Shown: positions 42,334-56,236, numbered from the stretch's first letter. The stretch is 64,000 nt of DNA from Octopus vulgaris (GCA_951406725.2 OX597838.1:1860001-1924000), one strand, 5' to 3'. Made by a program: numbers and translations. Notes: a model not told the origin generated them from the letters alone.

Positions 42334-43686
42334 ACACAGACACACACACACACGCAGATTAGTATTTAAAAGTATCTGATTCGAGTGTATGCGTAGTCTT
42401 CTAATTGAAACTTAGCTCGTTCAGGCTCAGGTAACAGAATATATATCTATCTATCCACATGATATAATATAATTTATATATGTGTGTGTGTGTGTGTGTT
42501 TGTGTGTGTATGTGTGTATGTATGTCAAAACGGCTATTTCTTCCATGATCAACATTTCCCAATAACATTTTTGGGTCTTTAGATTTTACTCTTGTAATGT
42601 GGGCTGTTCGGTGTGTGATGCCCCTAATGTTAACGAAATTAAGACTTCAGATAGATATGGAGTTTTTTTCACCTCATCAGAAACAGAGCCAACACTTTTA
42701 AGAATAATAATATTTCCTGCTTTTTTTTTTTTTTTTTTTTTTCGTATTTTTCACTTTCAACTTCTTAATTTTCTGTAATTGAAATGGCTCCCGCTGATGA
42801 CCATTGAAAATAGTTAAAAATTATTCTCTAAAGTTTTGTATCTATGTTGAATTACAACTTCTTTGGCATTGATACAAAAAAAGAAAAGTTTCCTTGGTAC
42901 CAATGTGTTGGATGTTCACACCGTTCGGAATGGTGCCGTCACTAATTCCCAACAACCAATTCCGGATACATTTCAACTACATAATAACAAAATTCAATCT
43001 TTTCTTCTTTCTATAAAAAATTTCCATCGAAAACATCGCAAGTCTTCTTTTAATGGTGCTAGCTACATTTATTTACGCCACCAAACATCGCCTTCAGTAA
43101 GATCTCTTTTGCATTCCCCGACCCTTGAGAATTGTGGAGCTCTTCAGCTTTTCGTTGTTATCATGAGATTCCTCTTTGTCCATTCCGAACGTGGTTAGCA
43201 TTCTCAATCGAGTAAGGAATGGTATTCTTGTCACACTTCAGAAGAATAGTGAGCCATTTCAGTTTTAATTGAATTACATCGGTAGATAATTATTTTCCTA
43301 TTTTGTTGGAGATTTAGAATAACACATTTGAATTCCAAAATTTGAAATGTAAAGATGAAATTTCAATTTTTGTAATATCGAATTTAAAATTCCATATTAA
43401 AGTACTTTATATAAAATACCAAATTTGAAATGCCAAATTTGTAATTCTAATTTTGAATAATTTCGAAATGTTAATTTAGAAAATTCAATTTTCAAATTTC
43501 AAATATGAAACGCAAAATCTAAATCTTTGCTTTTTCTTATTAAATATCTGAAATCTCGAATTCTTTAAACTCAAAAGTGGAAATGGATGAAGACCACGTC
43601 AAACCAGTGAACGGTAAAATATATTAACTCATTATTTCGGATTACAATAATCATAGTTGATAAATTACGAGGTTTTCTTAAATTCA

Positions 43687-43736
43687 CCGCCATTTTATCC
43701 GTTTCTCCTCCGACGCTTCATCCTCGCCGCCATTTT
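43687..43736. promoter_or_regulatory. Tandem YY1-type sites
   Basis: CCGCCATTTT at 43687 and 43727 (40 bp apart) in a small CpG-rich patch. Confidence 0.4.
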
Positions 43737-44289
43737 CTCTGTCACCCAACTGATGTTGCTAACACTACAATTTCATAATGTCAGTGTCAATAATTCTTAT
43801 TTCCATCCTCTTTATAAAGACCCAGATTTTGATGAAGGAAAGGGTGGGGGCCTTATAGCCTTTCCATGTCTTCTAATACTGAAGAAGTCGATGTTGTTAA
43901 TGTTCCGTTTTATTTTGAAACTGATATTAGTAAACATCGGCAGGAAAGACATAAGCAAGGAAAACCCTTCAGTGGGGAAAGGTTTTCTGGGGGGGGGGAC
44001 TAGGGTTAGTCCTTTTTCCCCTAGAAGAAGTGCAGATCCGAGTGTGGTGTTGGTGGCGTGCACATAAAGTGTGTCATGAGATTGAGAGGAAAAGAGAGGG
44101 AGGGTCGCTGAGATGAAGAGATTATACTCAGGGACGGTATAAGCTATCCATTTAAACCAGTATATTACAGGTACTTTATTGTATCAACCCTAGAATCAAA
44201 ATGTTATGTCGACTTCTATGATATTTAAACTTATTGCATGAAGAATATTTCGTGGCGATTCTGTCAACGGAGAAAAGCACAGCAATAAT

Positions 44290-44475
44290 AATCCTCTATA
44301 TTATAGACACAAAGCCTGAAATTGTTTGGGAGAGGGGTCTAGTCGATTACACCGTCCCTAGTACATGACTGGTACTTATTCTAACGAGTTTGTAACTATG
44401 AAAGACAAAGAGACGGGCGAAATGGCGGTAAGTATTTTGGCCGGTGTGCAAACGATACTGCTAGTCCACCGACCG
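44290..44475 (-). mobile_element. Degenerate SINE family A
   Basis: gacacaaagcctgaaatt..agtcgattacacc..actggtacttatt..gcaaacgatactgctagtccacc. Confidence 0.6.
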
Positions 44476-44476
44476 A

Positions 44477-44527
<51 letters not shown>

Positions 44528-44562
44528 GTAATAATAATAATGATAATAATAATAACAACAAC

Positions 44563-44605
<43 letters not shown>

Positions 44606-44611
44606 TTCCTA

Positions 44612-44770
44612 GGCGTAGGCGTGGCTCTGTGGTTAGAAGCTTGCTTCCTAACCACATAGCCCCGGGTTCTGTCCAACTGTGGGGCAACTTGGGCAGGCGC
44701 CATCTTCTATAAGATTTGTGGGTGAATTTGTTAGACGGAAACTGAAAGAAGACCGTCGTGTATATATAAA

Positions 44771-44833
<63 letters not shown>

Positions 44834-45030
44834 GAGTGTATGTCTTTGCATTTGTGTTTGTCCACCACCACTGCTTGACAACCGGAGTTGGTGTGTTTAA
44901 TGCCTCCATAACTAGCGGTTCGGCAAAAGGCACCGATAGAATAAATACCAGACTTAAAAAAGAAGACTTCAGGTCAGTTGGTTCGGGCAAAACCCTTCAA
45001 GCAGTATGGCCGCAGTCAAATGACTGAAAA
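44612..45030 (+). mobile_element. SINE family C, full length with central (TA)n
   Basis: ggcgtaggcgtggctctgtggttagaagcttgcttcc head, agacggaaactgaaagaag, microsatellite, cttgacaaccg body, atggccgcagtcaaatgactgaa tail. Confidence 0.85.
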
Positions 45031-45827
45031 ATATTTAGTCACAATGTCTGACATTTTCGGGGAGGGTGGTCAGTCGATTACATCGACCCTAGTACATGAC
45101 TGCTATCGATCTCGGCGGTATTTGAAAACTTAATTTAAAACTGATGGAAATCTTTTCTATAACCAACATTAATTCGTTTTCTCAAATGACGCTCTACAGA
45201 AAGATGCCATCCAGAAAATATGCTTCTTGTAGAGACGCTTATATCTGAATAAACGAGGAGGTAGTCACGGCTGGAGCATCTTTAGTTATAGATTTGTTTG
45301 TTAAAAAAACTGACCTGGGTTAAACAAAAACAACGGCAACGATAAATTTTGTTTAATTGATTTTCTGGTATCAATTATTGATCCCATTTAGAAATATTTC
45401 GTTACTTTAGGATGTTTTTTTTTTACTTTTCAAAATATTTGGCTCTGTCAAGTGTTTCAAAATTGAGGGGAATTTCTTAGTTTTCACTAATTTTAACAAT
45501 TTTTTATTTCTGTTCCGACCATATTTTCTCTTATTGGGCTAAAAAATTACAAATTGAGGGGGAAAAATTAAAAGGAAAATAAAACGAATAAGAATGACAT
45601 GTTTCAGAATTTTGTAATAGATTTCGGATTGAGGAATCGAAAATTAAATTCCAACTGGCACTGAAATATCTATTAAAATATCAGAAATTGGTATCGATTA
45701 ACTCTCTCTGTCTGTCTCTCTCTCTCACTCTCTCTCTACATATCTATCTATATCTATCTCTCCCTATATATATGTATACATGTATGGTGTCTATATATGC
45801 GTGTGTTTATATATGTATATGTATATA

Positions 45828-45859
<32 letters not shown>

Positions 45860-46064
45860 AGCACACACATATATATACGCACCATACATGTATGTTTCTG
45901 TACATGTGTGTGTCTCTCCCTCTCTCTCTCTATATATATACAAATATATACATATATACATAAATACTACGCGTGCACGCACACACACATATAATTAGTA
46001 TCGTATGTATGAAATCCTGACAAAGGTCTTCTCTGTGTGTATAAACATATTTTATACGCTTTAT

Positions 46065-46109
<45 letters not shown>

Positions 46110-46674
46110 CATATATATATATATATGCATGTATATATGTGTGTATGTGTGTATGTGTACACTTGCATCAATATATATAATAATTAACTTGTTGATTAAT
46201 ATGTGTATACACACATGTATATAAACTAGTTATTAGTGGAATGGAAACGATATTTTGGGTATAATTCTAAATATAAAAGCTTTTAATAAAACTATTTTAG
46301 TCTTTAATAAACATCCAATAATAGCCTCGCACTGACAAAGAAATTAGTTGAAAATAGAAGAGACTTGAGCGGGTTCGAATCCCGATGAAGGGAAAATTGT
46401 CAGATTGATTTTATCTCGACTCACGACAAGATAAATAGATTGGTCTGGTTAATTAAAAAATATTATGCATATATATGGATGAATGTGTGGATGTATGTGT
46501 ATATGTGTATACACATATATATAGGTATGTATATACATATACATACACACACGTCTCTCTCTATATATATATACATATCTATATGTGCATGTGGATATAT
46601 ATACGCATATACACATATAAGCATATGTAATAATATATTTCTGTGGGTGTATATGCATTTGTGCGCGCGTTGTG

Positions 46675-46712
<38 letters not shown>

Positions 46713-47008
46713 TCTACTTCTATTAAAATAAATTTTGGTTCGGTTGCTGATATCAAATTTTAAGGAATAAATTTTTGTGGAAGCCCCTCCCACTCCCACC
46801 ACTATTTGGCATTTCGATTAATGAAAATATTTCAATTCCTTTTATTATTTGAAATTTCAAATAAAATTTTTTAAATAAAACTTTTTAAAAATAAATATAA
46901 ATTGAAATAAAACGCACAAATTGATACTAGTGCTGTTATGGATTTCAAAATGTGTGTCAATATATATATACACACATAAACACACACATACACACGCATA
47001 CACATACG

Positions 47009-47042
<34 letters not shown>

Positions 47043-47089
47043 TACGTATGTGTACGTGTAAGTGCGTCTGTGTGTGTGTATCTATCAGT

Positions 47090-47540
47090 AGTGGGGGGGG
47101 GTCGCCGTTTCCTTTTATCACCAAAGATCTACTTTTTAACTGTGGTTGCTGTGCGCCCTACCGCTCTCCTTCAACTTACTTTGACCCCTCACCTCTTCCT
47201 CCAACTCCCCATTCGATCGGTGCCACTTTCGCTTTTTTTTTTCTCTTTCACTGTCTCTTTCCGTATTGCTCACCTTGTGCTTCAAACTGTTGACCTTCAT
47301 CCGTTAACCTATCTATTCCTTCCACCCACATACCCCCTCATCACCCTACTTTCTTCTTTTTAATCCCTTTACAATTCATTTGCTCACAGAATATCCGATA
47401 TTACACGTAGACACGCGCACGCACTCATACACACATTCTCTTTCTGTCTTTGACGAAAGATATAGCCCCGAAACGTTAGATAACTTACTCATCAGTTAAT
47501 TGAACTCATCCAACGTTCCTAACAATTTTTATGTCCAGAC
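47090..47540 (+). mobile_element. Decayed Penelope-like 3' end with degenerate HHR at 47446-47481
   Basis: tct-TTGACGAA-agatatagcccc-GAAACGTT-aga (stem II broken); CT-rich leader; weak KDLLFNCGCCAPY trace resembling a GIY-YIG C-terminus. Confidence 0.45.
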
Positions 47541-47951
47541 AATCACCTTTTCTCTGAGATTGGTGATTTGATCACAACTATATGGAAATGTTTCCCTTGT
47601 CTCGTGGGGCTGGCTTCAAGAAAGTTGCTTACCAATTTGGCTTACGTAATCGAATAGATTAAAGGTAAATCTCTCTCTATATATACAACGCCACACAATT
47701 TCATATGAATGCACTTATTGCTATACGATTAACAAGTTTAATCTCAGCCACCATCGCTACCACCAATAACAGTGAATTTAGTGCTGAGAGTATTGGTAGC
47801 AGTTTAGGTTGTAGTGTGTACGATGTAGGCTTTGTGGGTTCAATCTCACAAGACAGTATCTGTTTTTCCCACAACCCCAGATTTTCCAACAGCTTATGTG
47901 GGAAATTTGGTCGAAGGAAACTGTGGAGAAAACCGTCATTTGCTTTGTGCA

Positions 47952-48016
<65 letters not shown>

Positions 48017-48248
48017 TTATTAGCGCACGTACTTCAGCGAAATCTACAGACATTGGCAAGAAATTGCCGATGCAAAGGTGTCTCGAACAAAACGTGTCTT
48101 GTGCTATCTGTTCAACCCTTTCGACTGAAGAGAAAATATAGCATTGTGTGGATGCGTGTTGCGTGTGTATGCGCGTGTATATACGTGCATGGGTATGTGT
48201 ATGTATATATATATATATCACATATGTATATGTGTATATATATATTGT

Positions 48249-48283
<35 letters not shown>

Positions 48284-48298
48284 GTCATATATGTATAA

Positions 48299-48345
<47 letters not shown>

Positions 48346-48593
48346 TACATATATGTATGGATTTAAGCATATATCTTGACATATATACATATGTATGCGT
48401 ACATATTTATACATATTTAAACACGCACATCCATCTATCTATCTGTCTGTCTGTCTCTCTTTATATACGTATATGCACATGCATGTACAAATATGTATAG
48501 GTATGTTCTCCTGCGTGTGCGTTGTAGGTGTATATGCATATGCGTGTATTTCTGTTTATATATTAAGTATATATGTCTACGCATATACTTATC

Positions 48594-48645
<52 letters not shown>

Positions 48646-49235
48646 TAGATATATACACACATACACACATACACACATACACACACACATGTATGTATAA
48701 AAGCGGTATGGGTCGCCAGTTATAGCATTCAACCATAACTGATATCTTCCAAACACTTCTTATCACCTACTTTCTCCCTTTCCACTTCTCTCTCCCCCTC
48801 CCCCTCTCTTACCTCAATCCATTATTTACTACTTATGTTTTATTTCCATTCGTTCCTTCCATATTTATCACTTTTTTTTTTATATGAAAACTTTCCCTCT
48901 TTCTCTCTTTCTCGCTGCTTTGTTTTTCCTTTCTTCGTCGTTTTCGTCCTTTCTCTTTTGCTTTCCTTCCTTCCTTCTTTTATTAATTCTTTCTTTCGGT
49001 TGTTTTGGCTCTCTCTCTCTCTCTTTTCCCTCTTTCTCTCTCTTTGTTACATTTTCAATTCTCATTTTTTTTGTTTATTGTAGATATAAACCAACCAAAC
49101 ACACACACCCACACCCACACCTCAAACACAAAAACATGCTAAACGTATGAATATATCATAATTATAGATTTGAATATATAGGTGTATCTGCATATGCATA
49201 TGTGTACATATACATATATACATAGATACATACAG

Positions 49236-49287
<52 letters not shown>

Positions 49288-49288
49288 C

Positions 49289-49400
49289 TACAGGTTGGCC
49301 CCAATGTAGGTTTACTGTTATCACGAAGGCACTTTAAATTTCACTTAAAACATTTTATTACATTTAAATTTCTATCTTACAAACTGAAAAGAGAGTTTGA
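49289..49400. mobile_element. Possible Tc1/mariner-superfamily TIR remnant
   Basis: TA-CAGGTTGGCCCCAATGTAGGTTTAC immediately after (TA)n. Confidence 0.35.
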
Positions 49401-49463
49401 CAAAATTAACTAAACTAGCAGAGAATAATGGTTTCATGTTTTCTTATATTGATAGATAGACAG

Positions 49464-49673
49464 ATAGCACGTCAGGCGAAATTGTTAGCAGTATTTCGTC
49501 TGCCGATACGTTGTGAGTTCAAATTCCGCTGAGGTCGACTTTACCTTTCATCCTTTCGGGGTCGATTAAATAAGTACCAGTTACGCACTGAGGTCGATGT
49601 AATCGACTTATTCCCTTTGTCTGTCTTTCTTTGTCCCCTCTATATTTTGGCCCGTGCGGTCAATAAAGGAATA
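49464..49673 (+). mobile_element. SINE family A, 5'-truncated
   Basis: Core and tail match 15767-16005. Confidence 0.85.
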
Positions 49674-49684
49674 TGTATATATAT

Positions 49685-49850
49685 ACGACAGGCTTCTTTC
49701 AGTTTCCATCTACCAAACTCCACTCACAAGGCTCTGGTTGCCCCGAGGCTATGGTAGAAGATACTTGGCCAAGGTGCCACGCAGTGGGACTGAACCCAGA
49801 ACCATGTGGTTGGGAAGCAAGCTTCTTACCACACATCCACTCCTGCGCCT
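49685..49850 (-). mobile_element. SINE family C head
   Basis: cttctttcagtttcc..ggtgccacgcagtgggactgaaccc..gggaagcaagcttcttaccacac..ctgcgcc. Confidence 0.85.
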
Positions 49851-50060
49851 AATGTGTAAGAGTCACAATAAAAACATGCAAGGCATTTCCAAAGTAAAAT
49901 ACTTAAAACTTATCGTAGATGCTGCCTCAATTCCAGTTTGTTCGTACGTTGGCATGTGTGTGTGTGTGTGTTTGTTTGTTTGTGTTTATATGTGTATCAT
50001 TATGTCATTGTCCATAAATTAGGGGTTGGACAAATATGTATAGATAAAATTAAAACATCA

Positions 50061-50102
<42 letters not shown>

Positions 50103-50389
50103 GTATATATATTTATATGTATATATATACAGATATGTGTGTGTGTGTGTGTGTGTGTAAGTGCATGTGCACACATATACATTGGGCTGCAAGCTGGGAC
50201 TTGATAAACGCCATCCAGGTCACCAAGGAGAGAGGGTCTTATGTTGAAAAAATCGAAATCCCCGGAGACCCCAAGAACATTACGGTCAATGCATCACAGA
50301 ACATCTGCAAGACTGATTGTAGAATTATACATACACACACACACATTTATATATGTATTTATTGTTTATACACACACATACATACATAC

Positions 50390-50422
<33 letters not shown>

Positions 50423-50546
50423 CCCCGTGCACGTGTGCGCGTGCGGAGCGGGGAGTTAAAGTTTAGTTTCCTCCATAATTGTTTCCTACCGGAAGCTGGA
50501 CATTTGTACGTCAATTATCCTACAATGAACGGTGGAGATCGTGATT

Positions 50547-50576
50547 GGACATGACAATGCATGTCGGGACATGTCT
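50547..50576. promoter_or_regulatory. Candidate p53/p63-family response element (three contiguous decamers)
   Basis: GGACATGACA-ATGCATGTCG-GGACATGTCT; CATG cores at an exact 10-bp period; the third decamer is a perfect RRRCWWGYYY. Confidence 0.5.
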
Positions 50577-51114
50577 AGACTTTTGGAGCTGGTTTCTCTC
50601 GATCAGATCAATTTAGGATTTGGTTATATAGGAGCTTTGGTTGCAAAAGGACGTTGACATCACGTGATTTGGACACTGCTTACGTGGGTTCAAATCTTGG
50701 TCGTTGCACAGAAGATTTCTTGGAAATTCAGTTGCGACGATGAACCAAAAACGTAATATTTCATCTTATTGCTTTTCGACAACCAAAATTTCTTAATGAG
50801 GTTCAGATAAATTCAGTTTTGGTTAATGAAGAAGCTAATTTTAGGTTCATAATTAAATGAACAACACAAAATCTCTCTTACAGGTTTATTTATAAGTATA
50901 AGCGTTGTGTGCTTATATGAGCATGCGAGTGTATATACGTTGGTTAGACTAAATAGAAACCAGTATTGGAAATAATTGAGACCAAAACAAATAATGAGGG
51001 GATGAGACTAGGTTGTTTATTGTATATTTATTTAATTTGTCTGTAATCGACTTAGCCCCTTCAGCGGAATGTTCGCGACCTTCTAACGATTCTGTAGCAT
51101 GATGAGGAGCGACA

Positions 51115-51160
51115 CCTGTCATTGGTCAATCCCATTGTCTGAATCCATTGGCTGAATCAT
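51115..51160. promoter_or_regulatory. Paired inverted CCAAT boxes
   Basis: cATTGGtc and cATTGGct about 26 bp apart. Confidence 0.35.
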
Positions 51161-51213
51161 AACTGTATAGTAATTTATCAGATTCAATAAGGATAACATG
51201 AATATTCTCCGCT

Positions 51214-51250
<37 letters not shown>

Positions 51251-51940
51251 CACACCACACCACACCACACCACACCACGCTTTGCACCGTACAGCATGTC
51301 AGTCACTACAATGACATAAAGGCAGACTATGTTCCGCTGACGAAAACCATAACCGTGTACACAATAAGGTAGAAATAATCTGAGTTGTCTCCCTTGCACA
51401 ACCCAGCCCCCAACGCCGCCAATGTCCACTTAAATCGTGTCTCTGTTCACAGTATTTAAATCTATTCTGATTACTTCTGGTCTTAGAAGCATTCTAAATA
51501 ATCCAACGACCTTATAATAGTACACTTACAATAGAATAGAATTGACCAGTGATTATTGGTCTTCTTCTTCTTCTTCTTCTTCTTCTTCTTGTCCTTCTTC
51601 TTCTTCTTCTTGTCCTTCTTCTCCTTCTTCTTCTTCTCCTTCTTCTTCTTCTTCTTCTCCTCCTTCTCCTTCTCCTTCTTCTTCTTCTTCTTCTTCTTCT
51701 CCTCCTTCTCCTCCTTCTTCTTCTTCTTCTTCTTCTTCTTCTTCGTCTCTGTAAATATGCTTATTAATATTATCATTATTATTACTATTATTACTGTTGC
51801 TGGTGGTGTTGTTGTTGTTGTTGTTGTTATTATTATTATTGTTATTATGTTGCTGATGTCGTAATTATTGCTGCTGTGTTGGTCAATTGTTTAAACTCTG
51901 CGAAATATTCATAATTTCTTTCCTCTCTTCCTTCTTCCAG

Positions 51941-52068
51941 GCAGGAAGTCGGCTCCCACTGTCACGGGCGTGGAGCGGGGGAGGGTCACCTCCCACCGCC
52001 ACTGACCTCTCTGATCCTCCTCCGACGACATATTGAAATGAAATATTCGGCTGCGAGGACAAACACAA
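51941..52068 (+). CDS. Candidate exon (ATG at 52038, MKYSAARTNT)
   Basis: Strong acceptor ttcctctcttccttcttccag|G; GC-rich unique DNA; phase-1 donor AA|GTAACA. Confidence 0.3.
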
Positions 52069-52394
52069 GTAACAATTAACAATGGACTTGGTCTCCTTAA
52101 ACGGCAGACGACATCTTCCACGCCGTCTTTCTGTTCCTCTGTCTCTGTCTGTCTGTCTGTCTCTGTCTCTCTCTCTCTCTGTCTCTCTCCCTCTCTCTCC
52201 CTCTCTCCCTCTTCCCTTCATTCTTGGCGAATAACAATTAACAATGGAATTCTTGCCCTAAATGAAGTTAATGATGGACAATAATTAATACGTCCTACTT
52301 CTCCTTCATATACCACCATCACCAGCACCACCAACAATAACAACAACAACAACAACAACAGCTATTAACATCATAGACCAAATTTTGCTCACAG

Positions 52395-52621
52395 ACAGAA
52401 ATAATGGAACCAATGAAACCGGAACTTCTCCAAGACACTCCTTTCCGTGGCAAATCCAAAGATTTGATAACAGTTCTTACAGGAAACAAACTTACGGACT
52501 TCAAGACTTTAGTTGTTCATTCAATTTTAATGAAATCCACTACTTCACTGGTTCTTGTTTCCATCGGCAACGGAAGAATGACAACCAAAGTTCATGGCAG
52601 GACGTAACCGATTACCGCAAG
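52395..52621 (+). CDS. Candidate coding exon, product unknown
   Basis: Acceptor ttttgctcacag|; open frame RNNGTNETGTSPRHSFPWQ..WQDVTDYRK; donor AAG|GTATTA; phase compatible with 51941-52068. Confidence 0.3.
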
Positions 52622-52679
52622 GTATTATGGGAAGCGTTTAACGATTTTGATGTCGTCTGACAATAACATTTCTGACGCA

Positions 52680-53100
52680 CGCAAAGGCCAGGATTTCTTT
52701 TGAATTTGTTTTGAGGTGGGGATGGCATTAATCAATTACATCGATTAATTTATTTTATCATCGGCAGAAGAAGGACAAAAGACGAAGTTGTCCTCGGTGG
52801 AATTTGAACTCGGAATGTAAAGAGCTGGAGCTAATGCCGCTGAACATTTTCCCTCAAGGCTGCAATAATTCTGCGAATTCACTACCTTTGTGGCGCAATT
52901 CAAAGAATTTAAGAGAACGGCTGAGGGTGGGGGTTAGTGCTTTAACGACAATTAAATTCACGGGTAATTCTATATTCTGTGGACCCCGGAATAATGCAAT
53001 CAGAATTCGAGCCGAGTGGGATTTGAACTTAAAAACACAAAGTGCCACAAACAAAAACTGACAATAATCCGTTTTATTCGGCGAACTAACATATCCGACG
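52680..53100 (-). mobile_element. Degenerate SINE A-like copies
   Basis: ctcggtggaatttgaactc and gggatttgaactt B-box remnants. Confidence 0.5.
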
Positions 53101-53113
53101 GCCTCGTGAAGGA

Positions 53114-53170
<57 letters not shown>

Positions 53171-53171
53171 G

Positions 53172-53220
<49 letters not shown>

Positions 53221-53231
53221 TAATAATAATA

Positions 53232-53295
<64 letters not shown>

Positions 53296-53320
53296 TAATA
53301 ATAATAATAATAATAATAAT

Positions 53321-53861
53321 GCCCTGATGCAGTACCAGGCAGTGGCTCTCATGGCTTCTGATCTTAACTGATTGGAAGTGTTATGTACATTGTTTTGTCT
53401 TGGTATAAAAGATGGGCTACAGAAAATATTCTACTCAATACCACAGACTTGCTTCTCAGTTGTTTCAACATAACCAGTTGAGCATGTCCCTAAGTGGCTG
53501 GCGATATGTGCATCATGAGCAGAAGTAGTAGGGGAGCATCATAGCCATGTGTTGAGAGGGATTCTTTGGAGTTTGAATAATTCCCCTTTAGAAAGATGGA
53601 TGTTTCGTTCAACACCCTTAAATAACCCTTATTCAGGGACCTTTTGAGCGGGATGGGCTACTCGACCTGAAGAAAATTCTAACTGGGTCCCACCTGCAAG
53701 GACATGCGCTGTTAATCTTGATATGAGATCACCATGTGTACATATTTGTGTGATGAATGTGCCTGATGTACACTTATCAGACGGGTGGTCATGTTGGGTA
53801 TACTGGGCTTCGCATATTTGTATCCCAGTGACACTTTGAAGGCATGCACTGCTTTCTCACT
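53321..53861. mobile_element. ~540-bp non-coding interspersed element inserted in (TAA)n
   Basis: Sharp boundaries with (TAA)n on both sides, higher GC than flanks, no meaningful ORF; recalled as a common Octopus repeat (unverified). Confidence 0.6.
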
Positions 53862-53874
53862 TAATAATAATAAT

Positions 53875-54310
53875 CTTTTCTTTCCTTCTATAGACACAAG
53901 GCCGGAACTTTTGGGAGAGTGGTTAGTCGAGTATATTGACCCCTAATGTTTAACTGGCCCTTAATTCATTGTCCCCAAAAAAATGCGCGGTACATGTCGA
54001 CCATGTTTGAATTTGAAATCAGAATGCCAAGACAGACGAAATACCGCTAAGCATTTCGTATGGAGTGCAAATAGAACTGCCAGCTCGCATTTCATCATAA
54101 TAATGGTTTTTAATTTTGGCACAAGGCCAGCAATTTCGAGTGTTTGCTAAGCCTTTTGCATCAAGCCCAGAGCTCAACTGGTGCTTGTTTCATCGACCCG
54201 GAAAGGATGAAAGGCAAAGTCAGCTTTGGCGATAAAACTTCAAATCAGAACATAAAGACGGACGAGACGCCACTAATTGTGTCTGGCGAGCTTAACTTGT
54301 CGGCCAGTTG
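53875..54310 (-). mobile_element. Two tandem SINE family A copies
   Basis: gacgaaataccgctaagcatttcg..gccagctcgc; atcgacccggaaaggatgaaaggcaaagtc. Confidence 0.75.
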
Positions 54311-54498
54311 ATGACGATGATAATGATGATGATAAAAATGATACTGATAATGATGATGATGATGATGATAATGATGATAATAATAATGATAACATAAGCA
54401 ATATCAGTAATGATAATATTAACATAATATTAATAATCACAGCATGAAGGAAAATTATGAAAACTATTTTTATATCTTTCGATAATAATGATTTCTTT

Positions 54499-54562
<64 letters not shown>

Positions 54563-54648
54563 CAACAACAAGCGCAACAACAGCAACAGAAGAAATCATA
54601 TTGATGATGAAGATGATGATGATGACGATGATGATGATGATGATAATG

Positions 54649-54686
<38 letters not shown>

Positions 54687-55223
54687 CCTTATTATTAATA
54701 GTATCATTATTATTATGTATGTTATCATTATTATTATTGCTTTCCCGTCGCCACAAGGGAATAACGTTGATAATAATAATCAGTGATATAGAATTGTGTA
54801 AAATAATAAGATATGATAATTGCACATTTAAATATCTGATAGCTGCCTAGATTTATATATATTTCTGTGTGTGTATGTGTGTGTATGTATATGTGAGTAT
54901 ATATACATACATACAACATATATGTGTGTGTATGTGTGTGTGTGCGTGTGTGTGTGTATGTGTGTACGCGTGTGTGTGCGTGTGTGTATGTGTGTGCGCG
55001 CCTCTACGTGTGTGTCGATTCGAAAATGCTCCTAAGAAAATGTTTTATGATTTGCCGTATTGAAAATTTTATTTCAAAAACTACAATTCAAAGGACAACA
55101 CTATTTAATCTGTGTTGTTTATATACACCATATGTGTGTATATGTATGTTTGTATATTTATATTTATGCGTGTATGTATACATATATTAATGTATAGATA
55201 TATATATGAATATATATTATTCA

Positions 55224-55265
<42 letters not shown>

Positions 55266-55327
55266 CATATATATATGAATATATATTATTCATATACATA
55301 TATACATATACGTATACATATATATAT

Positions 55328-55358
<31 letters not shown>

Positions 55359-55744
55359 GTATATACCCATATATACATATATATATATTTGTGTGTGATT
55401 GTGTGTGTATATATTTACAAACATAAATGCATATATGTGGTTGCATTTATGAGTATGTATGTATGTATATATATGTGCCTTTATATAAGTATGTATGTAT
55501 GTATGTATATCCGTATTTATACTTTTCTGTGTATGCATATATTTATGCAAATACACATATTCATACACGCCTATCTATTCTATCTATCTATCTATCTATA
55601 TATCTATCTATCTATCTATATATATATATATACATATGTAGTGTATGTAAATATGTGTGTATATATGTGTATATATATATAAATATATATATATGTTTAT
55701 ATACGTATATATATATATACATGTATATATACGTATATATATAT

Positions 55745-55815
<71 letters not shown>

Positions 55816-56203
55816 TGTGTGTGCGTGTGTGTGCCTGTTTGTTTGTGTGTGTTTGTGTGTACGTACGTATGTGTGCGTGCCTGTGCGTGTATGCTCCGTG
55901 GCCTATTTTAAATAATATTCTACATGATATCTATTTATTATAATTACAAAATCACAACTTTTCTCTATCAGTAATAATCTTCATTCCATGTATCGTTATA
56001 TGTACGTAACATACACACCTGTACACAGACACACACACATTTATTATCATTTATATGTGTATAAATGAATATAAATAGGTACAAATATAAAAGAAAGCAC
56101 ACAATCATATATATATATATATATATACATATACACGCAAGCATATATACATATATAATACATATACATATATAATATATATATACGTATATATATATAT
56201 CAG

Positions 56204-56236
<33 letters not shown>

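Noticed and set aside
42863-43260. 111-aa ORF in unique DNA
   Set aside because: No recognisable domain or splice structure; possibly an old transposon remnant.
50180-50325. Exon or mariner C-terminus (..GSYVEK)
   Set aside because: No convincing splice sites or TIR; the similarity is only a few residues.
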